A DNA stretch of 64,000 bases from the NCBI GenBank assembly GCA_016214075.1, contig JACRPI010000020.1, positions 55,917 through 119,916 of the forward strand. The letters run 5' to 3'. The DNA comes from Candidatus Woesearchaeota archaeon (lineage in GTDB: Archaea; Nanobdellota; Nanobdellia; Woesearchaeales; DSVV01). The position numbers and the translations under genes are program-made. Position 1 is the first letter of the stretch. Each line of letters starts with the position of its first letter. Shown piece by piece: positions 40,737-50,976 of this stretch. The notes under the pieces are model-generated. The model did not search any database. It was not told the origin of the DNA and worked only from the letters and a program-made list of their open reading frames with translations.

Positions 40737-42080
40737 ATGGGCAAATTTCCAGAATTAATGAAACTGAAAGAGGAATTCAAAAATAAGACTTTACTTGAGT
40801 ATGTTCATGAGCATTTATTGAGAAAAAGAGAATTATTACCTCTTGATGTTGAAGCATATAAAGTATTTTGCAAGAACTTTAAACAAGATAATATTCGCAG
40901 GATTTCAACTGGTTCTCATATGGCTTTTTTACAATGGGAAGAATCATTCGGTCTTGGAGAAAACATTCTTGTTAATCTCCCCCATCTTCTTAACGAAAAT
41001 GAAAATATTATTTCTTCTCCATGCAGTCGTATTACTTTTAAAAGCCAAACAAGGCCTGGTTCAGTTGATCTTTCACATATGGGTGAGAAGAGCATGAAGC
41101 TCTCTCGTTATACATTAAGAGGAAGAAGCAAAATAACTCTCAATAAAGCAGAGAAGATTACTGAACAGGAAATGGAAAACTTCTTACAATCTTTTTACAA
41201 GTTCCAGAAAAGCCCGTCTATGTTTAAATTCATCAATCAGGAGAAGTTATCAGCATTTATCAAATACGCAAAGCAAATGGTCAAAAAAGGAGAAACATTC
41301 AATGAACAAAGTAGTTGGTTTAGTAGTCAACTCTGGCCTCATCTTTTTAATGATTTTGAATCCTTTCCTCTTATCATTAAGCCCCTTGAAGATTTACAAG
41401 TTAAAAGAGAGAATCTGTTAGTAAATAAAAAATTACGAACCCTTCTTGAGAAGCATTTTAAAGACCATTATGGGGTATTATCTTCAACGTATTTTTATTA
41501 TGGTTCATGCAAATGTGGAATTGAATTTCCTTTAGAAAAAAGAGAAGATGCAGAATTGGTTTATCTTGAGGGAAACTGCCTTGATAAAGATTGCCTGTAT
41601 TTTGGAACTAAAAAATACAGCGTCGAAGGTAATAATATAATTAAAGAAGTGGAGAAGAAAAATCTAAATGAGACTCTTTTCATTACCTTCTATAATATTT
41701 GGGCATTAGCTGGCATTGATGTATTGGGAGGATTTAATCAAGCTGAATATCTGAAAGAATTTAGAGATAAGCTTTGTTTGATTTTTCAAGAGATTGGAGA
41801 AAATAAAAAAAGCGAAATTTTGAAGAAAAGAGCAACTAACTTATTAGACTTGGGCGTTTTTGCAGCATTCAATGCAGATGGAATACCTAAATCAGGCTCT
41901 CAAGTATTTTTAGAGGGAGGCTTAGATAAACAGTATGTTGAACAATTCTCTAAACTCAATTTTTCCAAGACAATTGATGTATCTTTACAGACTATTAACA
42001 GCTTATTTGGAGAAAAGCCAAATCATTCTTTAACAGTAAAAATGCTAAAAGATAACAAAATGGAGTTTATGATAAAATGA
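40737..42080 (+). CDS. Hypothetical protein coupled to the epimerase
   Basis: ~447-aa AT-rich ORF; ATGA overlap with next gene. Confidence 0.75.
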   Translation: MGKFPELMKLKEEFKNKTLLEYVHEHLLRKRELLPLDVEAYKVFCKNFKQDNIRRISTGSHMAFLQWEESFGLGENILVNLPHLLNENENIISSPCSRITFKSQTRPGSVDLSHMGEKSMKLSRYTLRGRSKITLNKAEKITEQEMENFLQSFYKFQKSPSMFKFINQEKLSAFIKYAKQMVKKGETFNEQSSWFSSQLWPHLFNDFESFPLIIKPLEDLQVKRENLLVNKKLRTLLEKHFKDHYGVLSSTYFYYGSCKCGIEFPLEKREDAELVYLEGNCLDKDCLYFGTKKYSVEGNNIIKEVEKKNLNETLFITFYNIWALAGIDVLGGFNQAEYLKEFRDKLCLIFQEIGENKKSEILKKRATNLLDLGVFAAFNADGIPKSGSQVFLEGGLDKQYVEQFSKLNFSKTIDVSLQTINSLFGEKPNHSLTVKMLKDNKMEFMIK

Positions 42081-43195
42081 TAGAAGCATACAAATTAAAC
42101 TTCAAATTTGAAGAGCCTGTCAGGATTGCTTGGAAAACATTTCACCATAACGCAGGCGATCTTCTGATTGTCAAGAGAGATAATTTAATAGGTTATGGCG
42201 AAGCTGTTCCTGACCCCTTCATTACAAAAGACACCCAAAAATCAGTTTTTCGTTACTTAAAAGAAAATGCTTTCTTACTTCCAAAAGAAATCAATCTTAA
42301 AACAATTCAAGAAATTCATAAGAAGTTGCCAGTAGGTTCACCAACTGCTCGCGCGGCTATTGACTTTGCTCTTCATGATTTATGGGGAAAGCAAGAAAAA
42401 TCAAAAATTTCAAACTTATATTCTAAGAATGTAAACATGCCTTTAAATTGTATAACCCTCTTTGGCAAAAATCCAAAAGAAACACAACTAGACGTAGAAA
42501 AAATTCTTAAAGCTTATCCTCATCTTAAAGTTATCAAAATAAAACTTATGGGAAAAAATGACATTAAAAGATGCGAGATGATAAAAGAAAAAATTGATGA
42601 AATGAAAAGAAAAATCTCTTATGTTCTTGATTGCAACCAAGCGTATAAAACAAGCGCAGAAGCTATAAAAATATTAAATCAACTTGGAAATATTCTCCAA
42701 GACGTCATACTTATTGAAGAACCAGTGCCAGCAAGACAATGGGATTTGATGAAAGAAGTTACAGATAATGTTAATATCCCTATATTTGTTGATGAATCAG
42801 CCGTAGATCTTGAAGATGTTAAAACAATCATAAAAAAACAATGCGCAAATGGAATAAACATCAAACTCCAAAAAACAGGAGGAATATGGCCAGCTAAAAT
42901 TATCGCAGAAGAATGTGAAAAACATGGCTTAAAAGTGATGGTAGGATGCATGTTTGAATCATCCATAGGAATAGCTGCCGGAATCCATTTTGCGCAATCA
43001 ACAAAAAATGTTATGTTAACTGATCTTGATTACGATTTACAGATGCCAGATATTTACAAATATAGGCCAACATTTGAGAATGGAGTTAGAAAATCTACAG
43101 ACAAAGCAGGCTTAGGAGTTGAACTTGATTTTACAAAAATTGAAAATCTGAAAAAATCTTCTCAAGTGATATTTGAAAAAGTACTCTTTCAATAA
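42077..43195 (+). CDS. Dipeptide epimerase (L-Ala-D/L-Glu epimerase-like, enolase superfamily MLE subgroup)
   Basis: KIK, DCNQ, EEP, DES, NIKLQKTGG, GCM and terminal DLD motifs. Confidence 0.9.
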   Translation: MIEAYKLNFKFEEPVRIAWKTFHHNAGDLLIVKRDNLIGYGEAVPDPFITKDTQKSVFRYLKENAFLLPKEINLKTIQEIHKKLPVGSPTARAAIDFALHDLWGKQEKSKISNLYSKNVNMPLNCITLFGKNPKETQLDVEKILKAYPHLKVIKIKLMGKNDIKRCEMIKEKIDEMKRKISYVLDCNQAYKTSAEAIKILNQLGNILQDVILIEEPVPARQWDLMKEVTDNVNIPIFVDESAVDLEDVKTIIKKQCANGINIKLQKTGGIWPAKIIAEECEKHGLKVMVGCMFESSIGIAAGIHFAQSTKNVMLTDLDYDLQMPDIYKYRPTFENGVRKSTDKAGLGVELDFTKIENLKKSSQVIFEKVLFQ

Positions 43196-43202
43196 ATTCT
43201 TC

Positions 43203-43967
43203 TTAATTTAGTTTCGCAAACAATCCTTTCTTCATGGTATATTTCTTTGCCCATGCTAAAAACAACACCGCGCCCACGAGCCACAAGAGCATTGTGCCAA
43301 TCAGCCATGGGATGTTGATTGTTCCCGCGCCTACTGACGCTTTCAAGATTTCAAAGCCATAATACGTCGGAAAGAAATGCGCGATGGCTTGCATTGCACT
43401 CGGGAACACACTCACTGGATAATACACTCCTGACCACAGGACAATGAGATCAGGTAAAATAAACGAAACCGCGAACGCGTTTTCATGATACATAAAACAG
43501 ATTCCTAACGTGATTAATCCAAGAATGACTCCAAATACGCCGAGCACTAATAATCCAACAAAAATTAACCCCCAATTTAAAAATGTGTGATGGAACAGAA
43601 ATTTCGCAAGAAGAAAATACAACCCCGCGACAAACGTAAACTTTAGCGTGCTCACAATGATATTCGCGATAATAGATTCTCCTAACGTAATTGGGGAAAT
43701 AAGGTAATGTCCGCTCATTCCGGACCAATATTGATCCATGTAATTCTGTGAAAATTCTATCTGCGCATGATAGACGGCTCTCCAGCCTGTGACGCCAAGA
43801 ATGACTGTTCCTAAAATGACTTCTCCCTGATCCAGATATTTGACAAACAGCGTGAGGGAAAGAAATAAAATAAGCGGCCACAGCGTAATATCAAAGAAGC
43901 GAAACATATTTCGTTTCATGATGACTGTACTCTGATACATCATTCCGTAGATTCTTTGTGGATTCAT
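43203..43967 (-). CDS. ABC-2 type permease
   Basis: 6 TM; SGVYYPVSVFP..FFPTYY. Confidence 0.9.
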   Translation of the reverse strand: MNPQRIYGMMYQSTVIMKRNMFRFFDITLWPLILFLSLTLFVKYLDQGEVILGTVILGVTGWRAVYHAQIEFSQNYMDQYWSGMSGHYLISPITLGESIIANIIVSTLKFTFVAGLYFLLAKFLFHHTFLNWGLIFVGLLVLGVFGVILGLITLGICFMYHENAFAVSFILPDLIVLWSGVYYPVSVFPSAMQAIAHFFPTYYGFEILKASVGAGTINIPWLIGTMLLWLVGAVLFLAWAKKYTMKKGLFAKLN

Positions 43968-43974
43968 TTTTTCC

Positions 43975-44904
43975 TCATCTTCTTTGTTTCTTTCCTGTTA
44001 GTTGGATAAATGTTTCTTCCAATGTTGGCTCCATAATCGAAATACCATATACTTTTTCTTTTCTTGCCGCAAGTTTTTTCATTATTTCTTTGATATGCTT
44101 GTACTCTTTGACATAAATAATACAGCCCGTGCTCATGATTTTTACTTCAAGTGTATATGGTTCTTTCTCAAAGACACTTTTTATTGTCTTTGGATCTTCG
44201 CATTCTATCTCAATTCCATTTCTTTCCACAACTAATTTTTTAATCTCTTTGATAGTTCCTTCCGCAACAAGTTTTCCGTTGTTGATAAGCCCAATTCTAT
44301 CACAGAGCTCTTCTACTTCCATCATATTGTGGGTAGTGAGAAGAATGGTATATCCCTGCGCCCGTAATTCTTTCATCAACGCTCGTATCTTGATCGCAAT
44401 CTCTATATCGAGACCCACTGTTGGCTCGTCCATAAGAAGTAATTTTGGTTTTGAAAGCAGCGCTTTCGCTAAAAGTGCTCGCTGTTTATAGCCAGAGGAA
44501 AGTTCGTTGAGTTGGGTGCTTCTTTTGTCTTTGAGTTCTACTCGCTTGAGTACACTTTCTCTTTCTTTTTGCCAGTCTTTGACATTGTAGAGGTGCGCAT
44601 ACACGGCGAGAAATTCATCCACTGATAAAGAGCTGTTGACGTGACTAAATCCTGGAACAACGTTGAGTATTTGTTTTATTTCCTGTGGTTCTTTGTCAAT
44701 GTCATAGTTGAAGACCGCAATTGCTCCTGTGTCTTTCGCGAGCAATCCCGCGATAATGCTGATCAATGTTGTCTTTCCCGCGCCATTTGGTCCGAGAAGC
44801 CCATAAATTTCTCCTTCTTTTATGCTGAATGAAACATTGTTTAGTGTTTGTTTCTTTGCTCCTGGAAATATTTTGCTGACATTTTCTATGTGGAGTGCGT
44901 TCAT
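43975..44904 (-). CDS. ABC exporter ATP-binding subunit
   Basis: GPNGAGKTT, LSSGYKQR, LLMDEPTVGLD, TTHNM. Confidence 0.95.
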   Translation of the reverse strand: MNALHIENVSKIFPGAKKQTLNNVSFSIKEGEIYGLLGPNGAGKTTLISIIAGLLAKDTGAIAVFNYDIDKEPQEIKQILNVVPGFSHVNSSLSVDEFLAVYAHLYNVKDWQKERESVLKRVELKDKRSTQLNELSSGYKQRALLAKALLSKPKLLLMDEPTVGLDIEIAIKIRALMKELRAQGYTILLTTHNMMEVEELCDRIGLINNGKLVAEGTIKEIKKLVVERNGIEIECEDPKTIKSVFEKEPYTLEVKIMSTGCIIYVKEYKHIKEIMKKLAARKEKVYGISIMEPTLEETFIQLTGKKQRR

Positions 44905-44957
44905 GAGTTTCTTGTTCTTTTTGTGGTATAAATTGCTTTGCTTTTTTTGTTCGCTTC

Positions 44958-45554
44958 TTAGAAGATGTACGAAATTATTGTTATAACTATTGCGCCCGCA
45001 AGCGGTATCCACAAATTATCGTCTATCTTGTATTTCCCCAGCTTCCATTCAATCGCTTCTGCGTTCATTATGACTAACGCCGCGCCAAACGCTGTTGCCG
45101 CTGGCATGAAAACTACTGCGCCTGCAAACGCCGCCATAATGCCCGCTATTATTCCTTCTGCTTTCTTTTTCTTGTTTAATGGATGTTTAATTTTGCCATA
45201 AAATCTTCCAACATAATGCGAAACGCTATCTCCTAACGCAAGCATGAGGATAGCCGCATATGCGGTGTTTGCATTGAAAAATAGAACGGTAAAAAAACAT
45301 CCCCACGCATACGACAATGCGCCATGCCCTTCTTTTGCATGCTCTCTTTCAAAATGACGAAAAAACCATGTGAATATTTTGCTCGCTCCTTTTTCCCAGG
45401 TGAAGTAAATTACTGTGCCTGTAATATTGATGATGAAGAAAAGCCACAATGGAAGGATTTCAAAGTACAGAAGCAGCACTAGCAAGATTCCAATTCCTGC
45501 ATGAAATGCTTGTCGCTTGATTTCTAGAATTTTTTGTTCTTTTAGTTCTTTCAT
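44958..45554 (-). CDS. Dolichol/phytol kinase family (CTP-dependent) membrane protein
   Basis: RQAFH, LALGDSVSHYVG, KKKAEG, IDDNLWIP. Confidence 0.85.
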   Translation of the reverse strand: MKELKEQKILEIKRQAFHAGIGILLVLLLYFEILPLWLFFIINITGTVIYFTWEKGASKIFTWFFRHFEREHAKEGHGALSYAWGCFFTVLFFNANTAYAAILMLALGDSVSHYVGRFYGKIKHPLNKKKKAEGIIAGIMAAFAGAVVFMPAATAFGAALVIMNAEAIEWKLGKYKIDDNLWIPLAGAIVITIISYIF

Positions 45555-45619
45555 CTTCCTTTCTTATCCTATTTTTCTTCTTCTTTATTATTCTATTCTC
45601 TCTTGTTATCGTATTCTTT

Positions 45620-46909
45620 TTACTTTATAATTGTCCACTTTTTTGCTTTTTCTTTAATTCTTTTATCTTTAAGAATTGCTTTGATCAGTTCTTCTGGTTT
45701 TTGGTATTTTCGTTTTATTTTTGCGTACAAGCGTTCGCCTTTGAAGAAGATTTCTTTATGCTTTGCGCGGAACGCTTTGACATCTTCTTGCAGTTTTAAT
45801 GGTGGTCCTTGCTGCTCTGTGATTGCAGAGAGCTTCTTTTCTTTTACCACAATCCAAATGAGCGCAGCCTTTTCCTGTTCTTCTTCCCAATCCCAACCAG
45901 ATTCTTCTGTATGAAACTCATTTCTCTCGAGTTCTTCTTTCATATATTCAAAGCTCTTGAAAATCTTTGTACCGATGGTGTCGAGTTTTCCATGTGTTGG
46001 CAATGCTTTAAGAATAATGCACGCCGCGTCTTTCTTTGCCGCGTCTTTTTTTATTTTCGCGATATCTGTTTTTGTGATACTCTTTCTTTTGAAAAATTCT
46101 ATACTCGGTTTTGCGAGCAACGCTGTTGCTTGATTTTTGATGGTGTAGAATTGTTCAAAACTCACTGCAGCTGCCGCGTTTCTTTCTGGCTGTACTGGAT
46201 CGATCATGATAATCGCGGATTGGAGCTTGTCAGGATTTAATGTGTTCATGTTTACCGCATGTGGTGTCATGTTGATGAGTTCTTTCTCCTGCCACTTTTC
46301 GATGTTTTCCAGCAGTGCTTTGAATGAGCCGTAGTAGACTGTTAGAAGGTCAACAACATGGCCAGAAAAGCCATTCATGTAACTTTCCGCGCCATAGACT
46401 TTTTGCGCTTTGAAGAAAAGTTTGGTGAGCAGGATTTGGTCTCTGATTTCTTCACTAATGTGTTGATTTAACCATTCGACGTGGAGCGGGCTCATGTCTG
46501 TAATATTCTTTGCCATGTTTTTGTTAGTGATATAGAGAACAGGGATGATTTCGTAATGCAGATCTTTCCATTTGCCTGTGAAATAATCTCTTGAACCATG
46601 GACTTTTTCGTATTTTACACTCTTTATTTTTTTTAGCGCAGTTTCTAGAATAGTTGAAAGATCTTTTTCTTTGTATTTGTCATATTGAAATCGCACGAAA
46701 ATATCGCAGTCAAAGTCGTGTTTGATGAATGTTCCTTTTGCCGCGCTGCCTCCAAGCATGACATACGCTTCGATTTTCATGTGATCTAACGCAACTCGGA
46801 TTTCGTGGAGAAATCCGTCTATTTTCTTTAAGATGATATCGTGTTCTTTCTTTGATGTTTTGTATTTCTTGAGAATTGTTTGCGTGACTTTGGTGAAGGT
46901 ATCTGCCAT
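45620..46909 (-). CDS. cca: Archaeal class I CCA-adding enzyme
   Basis: LGGSAAKGTFIKHDFDCDIFV, DMSPLH, GFSGHVVDLL, DPVQPERNAAAA. Confidence 0.95.
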   Translation of the reverse strand: MADTFTKVTQTILKKYKTSKKEHDIILKKIDGFLHEIRVALDHMKIEAYVMLGGSAAKGTFIKHDFDCDIFVRFQYDKYKEKDLSTILETALKKIKSVKYEKVHGSRDYFTGKWKDLHYEIIPVLYITNKNMAKNITDMSPLHVEWLNQHISEEIRDQILLTKLFFKAQKVYGAESYMNGFSGHVVDLLTVYYGSFKALLENIEKWQEKELINMTPHAVNMNTLNPDKLQSAIIMIDPVQPERNAAAAVSFEQFYTIKNQATALLAKPSIEFFKRKSITKTDIAKIKKDAAKKDAACIILKALPTHGKLDTIGTKIFKSFEYMKEELERNEFHTEESGWDWEEEQEKAALIWIVVKEKKLSAITEQQGPPLKLQEDVKAFRAKHKEIFFKGERLYAKIKRKYQKPEELIKAILKDKRIKEKAKKWTIIK

Positions 46910-47121
46910 GCTTATGTTTCTCTCTTTGTTGTATATAATGTTTTCGAAGATTGGTTCCCTCAGGAATTATTTTTAGTTTTTTCATTAACATGAACATAGG
47001 AAAGAGACGCTCGATAAGCGCTCGCGTCTCAACGCACAAGACCTCACAGCAACGTTCGGTCTTGTGCGTTTATACCCCATTCCTGACAACCTTTATATTT
47101 TCCTCTTACCTATTCATCTTT

Positions 47122-47280
47122 ATGAAGAAGAAAATCGCTTCCTTAAAGAAAAAATATGCTTCAATGACTTCTGTGCAGCAGAAATTCATTCGTTATGTTG
47201 TGATTATCAAAATTGCGATCTTCATTCTTTGCGGTGCGCTGCTTGCTTTGGCGTGGCGCTTGCTCTTTGTAAAGAACTAG
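47122..47280 (+). CDS. Small single-TM hypothetical protein
   Basis: Basic N-terminus plus one hydrophobic helix. Confidence 0.5.
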   Translation: MKKKIASLKKKYASMTSVQQKFIRYVVIIKIAIFILCGALLALAWRLLFVKN

Positions 47281-47287
47281 TTTTGTT

Positions 47288-47566
47288 CTACTTAATGAAG
47301 AGTAATGGATCCTGCACTGCTTCGATTTTACACTTCGGACACTTTGTTGGCGCTTTGAGCTTTGTTCGATCTTTCAACTGAAATCCACAACCATCACACG
47401 TTGCAGGAATCATCTCAATTTTCTTTGGTCGAATTGCTCGCTTGATCAGTTCTAAATCTTTAATTATATCTGCTGCTTCTACTTTGAAATAATTGGCGAG
47501 TTTATAGGCTGACCATGGTTCTAGTTCAAGCAGTTCTTTTATTTTATATTGCCTGTATTCGAGCAT
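47288..47566 (-). CDS. Archaeal HTH + Zn-ribbon transcriptional regulator
   Basis: IIKDLELIKR; PATCDGCGF..PTKCPKCK. Confidence 0.88.
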   Translation of the reverse strand: MLEYRQYKIKELLELEPWSAYKLANYFKVEAADIIKDLELIKRAIRPKKIEMIPATCDGCGFQLKDRTKLKAPTKCPKCKIEAVQDPLLFIK

Positions 47567-47584
47567 GATAATCACGCTGTTTCT

Positions 47585-48517
47585 TTAGTGATGACAAACA
47601 TGATGATACTTTCTCTCTTCCTCTTCCCACTCTGCAACGGTGGTAATCACAAAACCAAAGATGATAAACCCCGCGCCGATATACATCGGAACTGTCATTG
47701 GCTCACTGAACATCCATGAAATTAATCCAATCCCTATAACATTTCCTAAAATTAACATGACGCTTATGACTGAGGACTTCAAATATACTGTCGCGTAACT
47801 CAAACACATATAGGGAATAAGTGTACTAATTACCCCAAACAGAAGGAGCCAGAGCCAGCTTATTGGGTTGAGCAGCAAAATTGTTTTTGGATTTCCTGTT
47901 ATAAAGAACGCTATCATAAAGAAAAAGAAACAGAAAATGAACAGCCACGCAGTTCTCTTATAATATTCATAACAACGTCCTACTTCTCTGCTGAAAATGG
48001 AGTACACCGCAAAAAGCAATGTTCCTGTTGCCGCAAGCCCATACCCCAGCATGCTTCCTTCTTCTGTACTATTCATACCAAAGATGAAATACGCGCCAAT
48101 GATTGTACAGACCATCGCAGCAATATCTGCTTTTGTTATTTTTTCTTTCAGAACGATCCACGCGAGAATACCATCAAACAACGGATACATCATGTAGATC
48201 AACATTGCTTTGTTTGCATGAATATAGAGAAAGGAACTAAATAATGACGCAATGCTTGCAAACAACAAAAATCCTAAAATACAAAACTCTTTGAGCTCGT
48301 CTCCTTTTGCATGCACTATTGCTTTGAGTTTATTCTTCTTGACAATCATCACAACAACTGGAAACAACGCTGCCGCGATCAAGAAACGAATGGTCAGTGT
48401 CCCAATAGGGGAAAGTTCACCCATCAGTAGCTTGACAAATATCGCTGGAAACGCAAAACAGAGAGCGGTGATTGCTGTTAAAAGTAATGAAAAATGCATT
48501 TCCTTGAGTTTGTTCAT
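47585..48517 (-). CDS. DMT/EamA transporter
   Basis: 10 TM, two EamA repeats. Confidence 0.9.
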   Translation of the reverse strand: MNKLKEMHFSLLLTAITALCFAFPAIFVKLLMGELSPIGTLTIRFLIAAALFPVVVMIVKKNKLKAIVHAKGDELKEFCILGFLLFASIASLFSSFLYIHANKAMLIYMMYPLFDGILAWIVLKEKITKADIAAMVCTIIGAYFIFGMNSTEEGSMLGYGLAATGTLLFAVYSIFSREVGRCYEYYKRTAWLFIFCFFFFMIAFFITGNPKTILLLNPISWLWLLLFGVISTLIPYMCLSYATVYLKSSVISVMLILGNVIGIGLISWMFSEPMTVPMYIGAGFIIFGFVITTVAEWEEEERKYHHVCHH

Positions 48518-48529
48518 GAAGAATCCTCT

Positions 48530-49051
48530 TTATTGAAACTTATGCTTTCCCCGAACAATATCTATTATGTACGGAATGAGGAACGCGACGACAAACAGCA
48601 CAATGATCAACGCATAATTGTACTCTGTTTGTACCTTTAAGACTTCTTTTATTTTTTCTAATAATGTAAAGAGAATAATGAGGTCTAATAACGCGAATGT
48701 TGGGACAACAATGCCCGCGATGAGATGATGCCTATCTCCAAGATGTTCTATTGAATGAATCATAAAATTGAAGATTAGACCAAACCCAATCGCGAACATT
48801 CCAACGATCGCGTATTGCGCGTTTCCCTCAAAGAATAATAAAAATGGGATTAGTACTACTGCACCGAGAATGTTGGTGAAGATTAATAAGAGCATCGCGG
48901 TCATTGCGACGAAACGCTCCATCTTTTGTTCGACGCCACTCTTCTTTTGCGCAATGCTTTGCATGATTGCTATTTCACTTTGCATGATTTGTGGACTTTT
49001 CTCTGCTCTCTGCGTACTATTTCCTGCTTTTTTCCTTATTTTCTTCTGCAT
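48530..49051 (-). CDS. Hypothetical membrane protein
   Basis: About 4 TM helices after a basic N-terminus. Confidence 0.7.
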   Translation of the reverse strand: MQKKIRKKAGNSTQRAEKSPQIMQSEIAIMQSIAQKKSGVEQKMERFVAMTAMLLLIFTNILGAVVLIPFLLFFEGNAQYAIVGMFAIGFGLIFNFMIHSIEHLGDRHHLIAGIVVPTFALLDLIILFTLLEKIKEVLKVQTEYNYALIIVLFVVAFLIPYIIDIVRGKHKFQ

Positions 49052-49113
49052 AGCAGCATTATTGATCTAGGGGTTATTATACTTTGCGTCAAGAATACCA
49101 TCCACTCTTTTCT

Positions 49114-49593
49114 TCACGCAGCGTTTATTCCTTCTGCTTTATCAAACGCCTGGACAAGTTTCACTTCCGTGGTATATATTGTCTCTAATCTTGTGATTAT
49201 CGCATGTATTTTTGGCACTTCTTCTCTTGAATTCTGAACTGTAAATCGTGAAACCGCTCTATGCAATTCCACTAATCCCTTCACCTCTTCCTTCATCAGC
49301 TGGACTAGATTTATCGCTTCAGCATTTATTTTGTACAATAATTGTCCATTATGAAAATTTGTCTGCGAAAAGCGGATTAATCCTTCAAGGATATGCAAGT
49401 AATTTTTTCTTGCTTCCTCAAATTCAGGATCACCATGGCGAGTAACAGCAGCATGTGTCGTAAGATTCTGCATCATTTCTTTCAATTTTGGAAGCTGCGC
49501 TGCCAATCGTGGTGTCAATGCTTTTATTCCCTGTTCCAGTTGTACTCTTTCTGTCATTTTTCTCACTCCTTTCCCATGAGATCCGCAGTGCAC
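49114..49593 (-). CDS. Hypothetical helical protein (start uncertain)
   Basis: Open frame; no family recognised. Confidence 0.55.
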   Translation of the reverse strand: MHCGSHGKGVRKMTERVQLEQGIKALTPRLAAQLPKLKEMMQNLTTHAAVTRHGDPEFEEARKNYLHILEGLIRFSQTNFHNGQLLYKINAEAINLVQLMKEEVKGLVELHRAVSRFTVQNSREEVPKIHAIITRLETIYTTEVKLVQAFDKAEGINAA

Positions 49594-50252
49594 GCGCCTA
49601 ATATCGCAAGGATGCTTATCGCGGCGATTGTCTTGTATACCTCTTCAAAATTCGACTGCATGGTGATAATTCCAAACACAGCCAATACAATAAATGTGAC
49701 AAAGATCGCGCTTGCGTAAATAACAAGAATGCGCAACGGAATTATCTTTAAAATGGTTTTGTCTTCCACTGAACGAAAGCCGGAAAAATAGAGAAAGGAA
49801 ACGCCAATCAAAAAAGCGATGAAATAGAGCAACGACGCGCGAAGCATGGTAAAATTTTCCGCAACATCAAGCCCTTCAAGAAAAGAAAAATGCGCAACAA
49901 TTCCAATAAACGCGCCGATCATCCCTTTTGTAAAATCACGATAGGTTATCTTCTTTAGCGGGCTTCTTTTTACTTCCTGTTTTATTTCTTTTTCGAGCTC
50001 TTCAAGCTGCTGCAATGTGCTTTCCTCTTCTTCGGCAACTTTTTCAATTCTTTCTTCTTCCTTCTTTTCCTCTATTTCAAGCGTTTCAATCTTTTTTTCT
50101 TTCTCTTCAATTCTTTTTTCTTCTTGCTGAAGAATATTTTGTTTTTCAAGGAGCAATTTCTGTTGTTCAAGAATGAGATCTATTTTCTTTTCTACACTTG
50201 ATAACGCAGTGGTTCTCTTTTCAGTAGGTTTTTTTTGCTTCTTCTTTGGCAT
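49563..50252 (-). CDS. Coiled-coil plus multi-TM membrane protein (DUF2391-like)
   Basis: E/K-rich coil then DFTKGMIGAFIG and 4-5 TM. Confidence 0.7.
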   Translation of the reverse strand: MPKKKQKKPTEKRTTALSSVEKKIDLILEQQKLLLEKQNILQQEEKRIEEKEKKIETLEIEEKKEEERIEKVAEEEESTLQQLEELEKEIKQEVKRSPLKKITYRDFTKGMIGAFIGIVAHFSFLEGLDVAENFTMLRASLLYFIAFLIGVSFLYFSGFRSVEDKTILKIIPLRILVIYASAIFVTFIVLAVFGIITMQSNFEEVYKTIAAISILAILGACTADLMGKE

Positions 50253-50294
50253 GGCGCTTTTATGGGAGAAGGGGTTATTATAGTTTTGCGTTTC

Positions 50295-50669
50295 CTATGA
50301 AATTATTTGTGTATTCTCAAATCCTCTGAAATCATTGTCTGCTGTTATTACCTGCGCATTTTCCTGCGTTGCTGTCGCGTAAATAATCGCATCTGCAAGT
50401 CCTACCTTTTTTTCATGTTTCAGAATTGCAGCTGCTTTCGCAATCTCATTTGTTACAGGAATACTAAAACTATATTGCAGGAGAATTTCATTCGCTCTTT
50501 CTGCGTCTGCTTTATTTCTCTTGCTCAGCACATGTCGATATATTTCTGCAATATTGATTGTACTTATCATTATCTTTTCTTCTCCTTCAATAAGTGCTTG
50601 CACTTTTTTTCCAAGAAGGGATCCAGAGAAATACTCTATCCACAAATTTGAATCAATCAAGACGGTCAA
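50295..50669 (-). CDS. vapC: PIN-domain toxin VapC
   Basis: LIDSNLWIEY, STINIAEI, GLADAIIYATA, TADNDF. Confidence 0.93.
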   Translation of the reverse strand: MTVLIDSNLWIEYFSGSLLGKKVQALIEGEEKIMISTINIAEIYRHVLSKRNKADAERANEILLQYSFSIPVTNEIAKAAAILKHEKKVGLADAIIYATATQENAQVITADNDFRGFENTQIIS

Positions 50670-50847
50670 GTTCTTCCCTCTTGAATGTTCCTAATTTTGG
50701 AAACGCGCCAAAATACGATTTCTTTGGTTTTTTCGCTGCTAAAATCAGTTTCTTGATGACTTCATCAAAGCTTTCTGCTTCTTGCTCTGCTTTTACTTCT
50801 TGGAGCATATGAAACGTTTCTTCTTTTACTGCGACAGTTGTGGTCAT
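50653..50847 (-). CDS. VapB-type antitoxin
   Basis: TTVAVKEETFHML..ESFDEVIKKL; overlaps vapC. Confidence 0.85.
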   Translation of the reverse strand: MTTTVAVKEETFHMLQEVKAEQEAESFDEVIKKLILAAKKPKKSYFGAFPKLGTFKREELDRLD

Positions 50848-50848
50848 G

Positions 50849-50868
50849 TTATAATTTATAAATTATAA
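50849..50868. promoter_or_regulatory. Candidate TA operator
   Basis: Perfect 20-bp palindrome TTATAATTTATAAATTATAA 2 bp upstream of the antitoxin start (AT-only, so weaker evidence). Confidence 0.5.
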
Positions 50869-50976
50869 TTTATATTTAAATGTTTCGCTTGTTTTTCTTT
50901 CTTTGTCACTTTTTAGTGGTAAAATGAGGAAAAATATATAAAGGAGCGGTGTTAGGAAGTTACTGGGGAGAAATGA

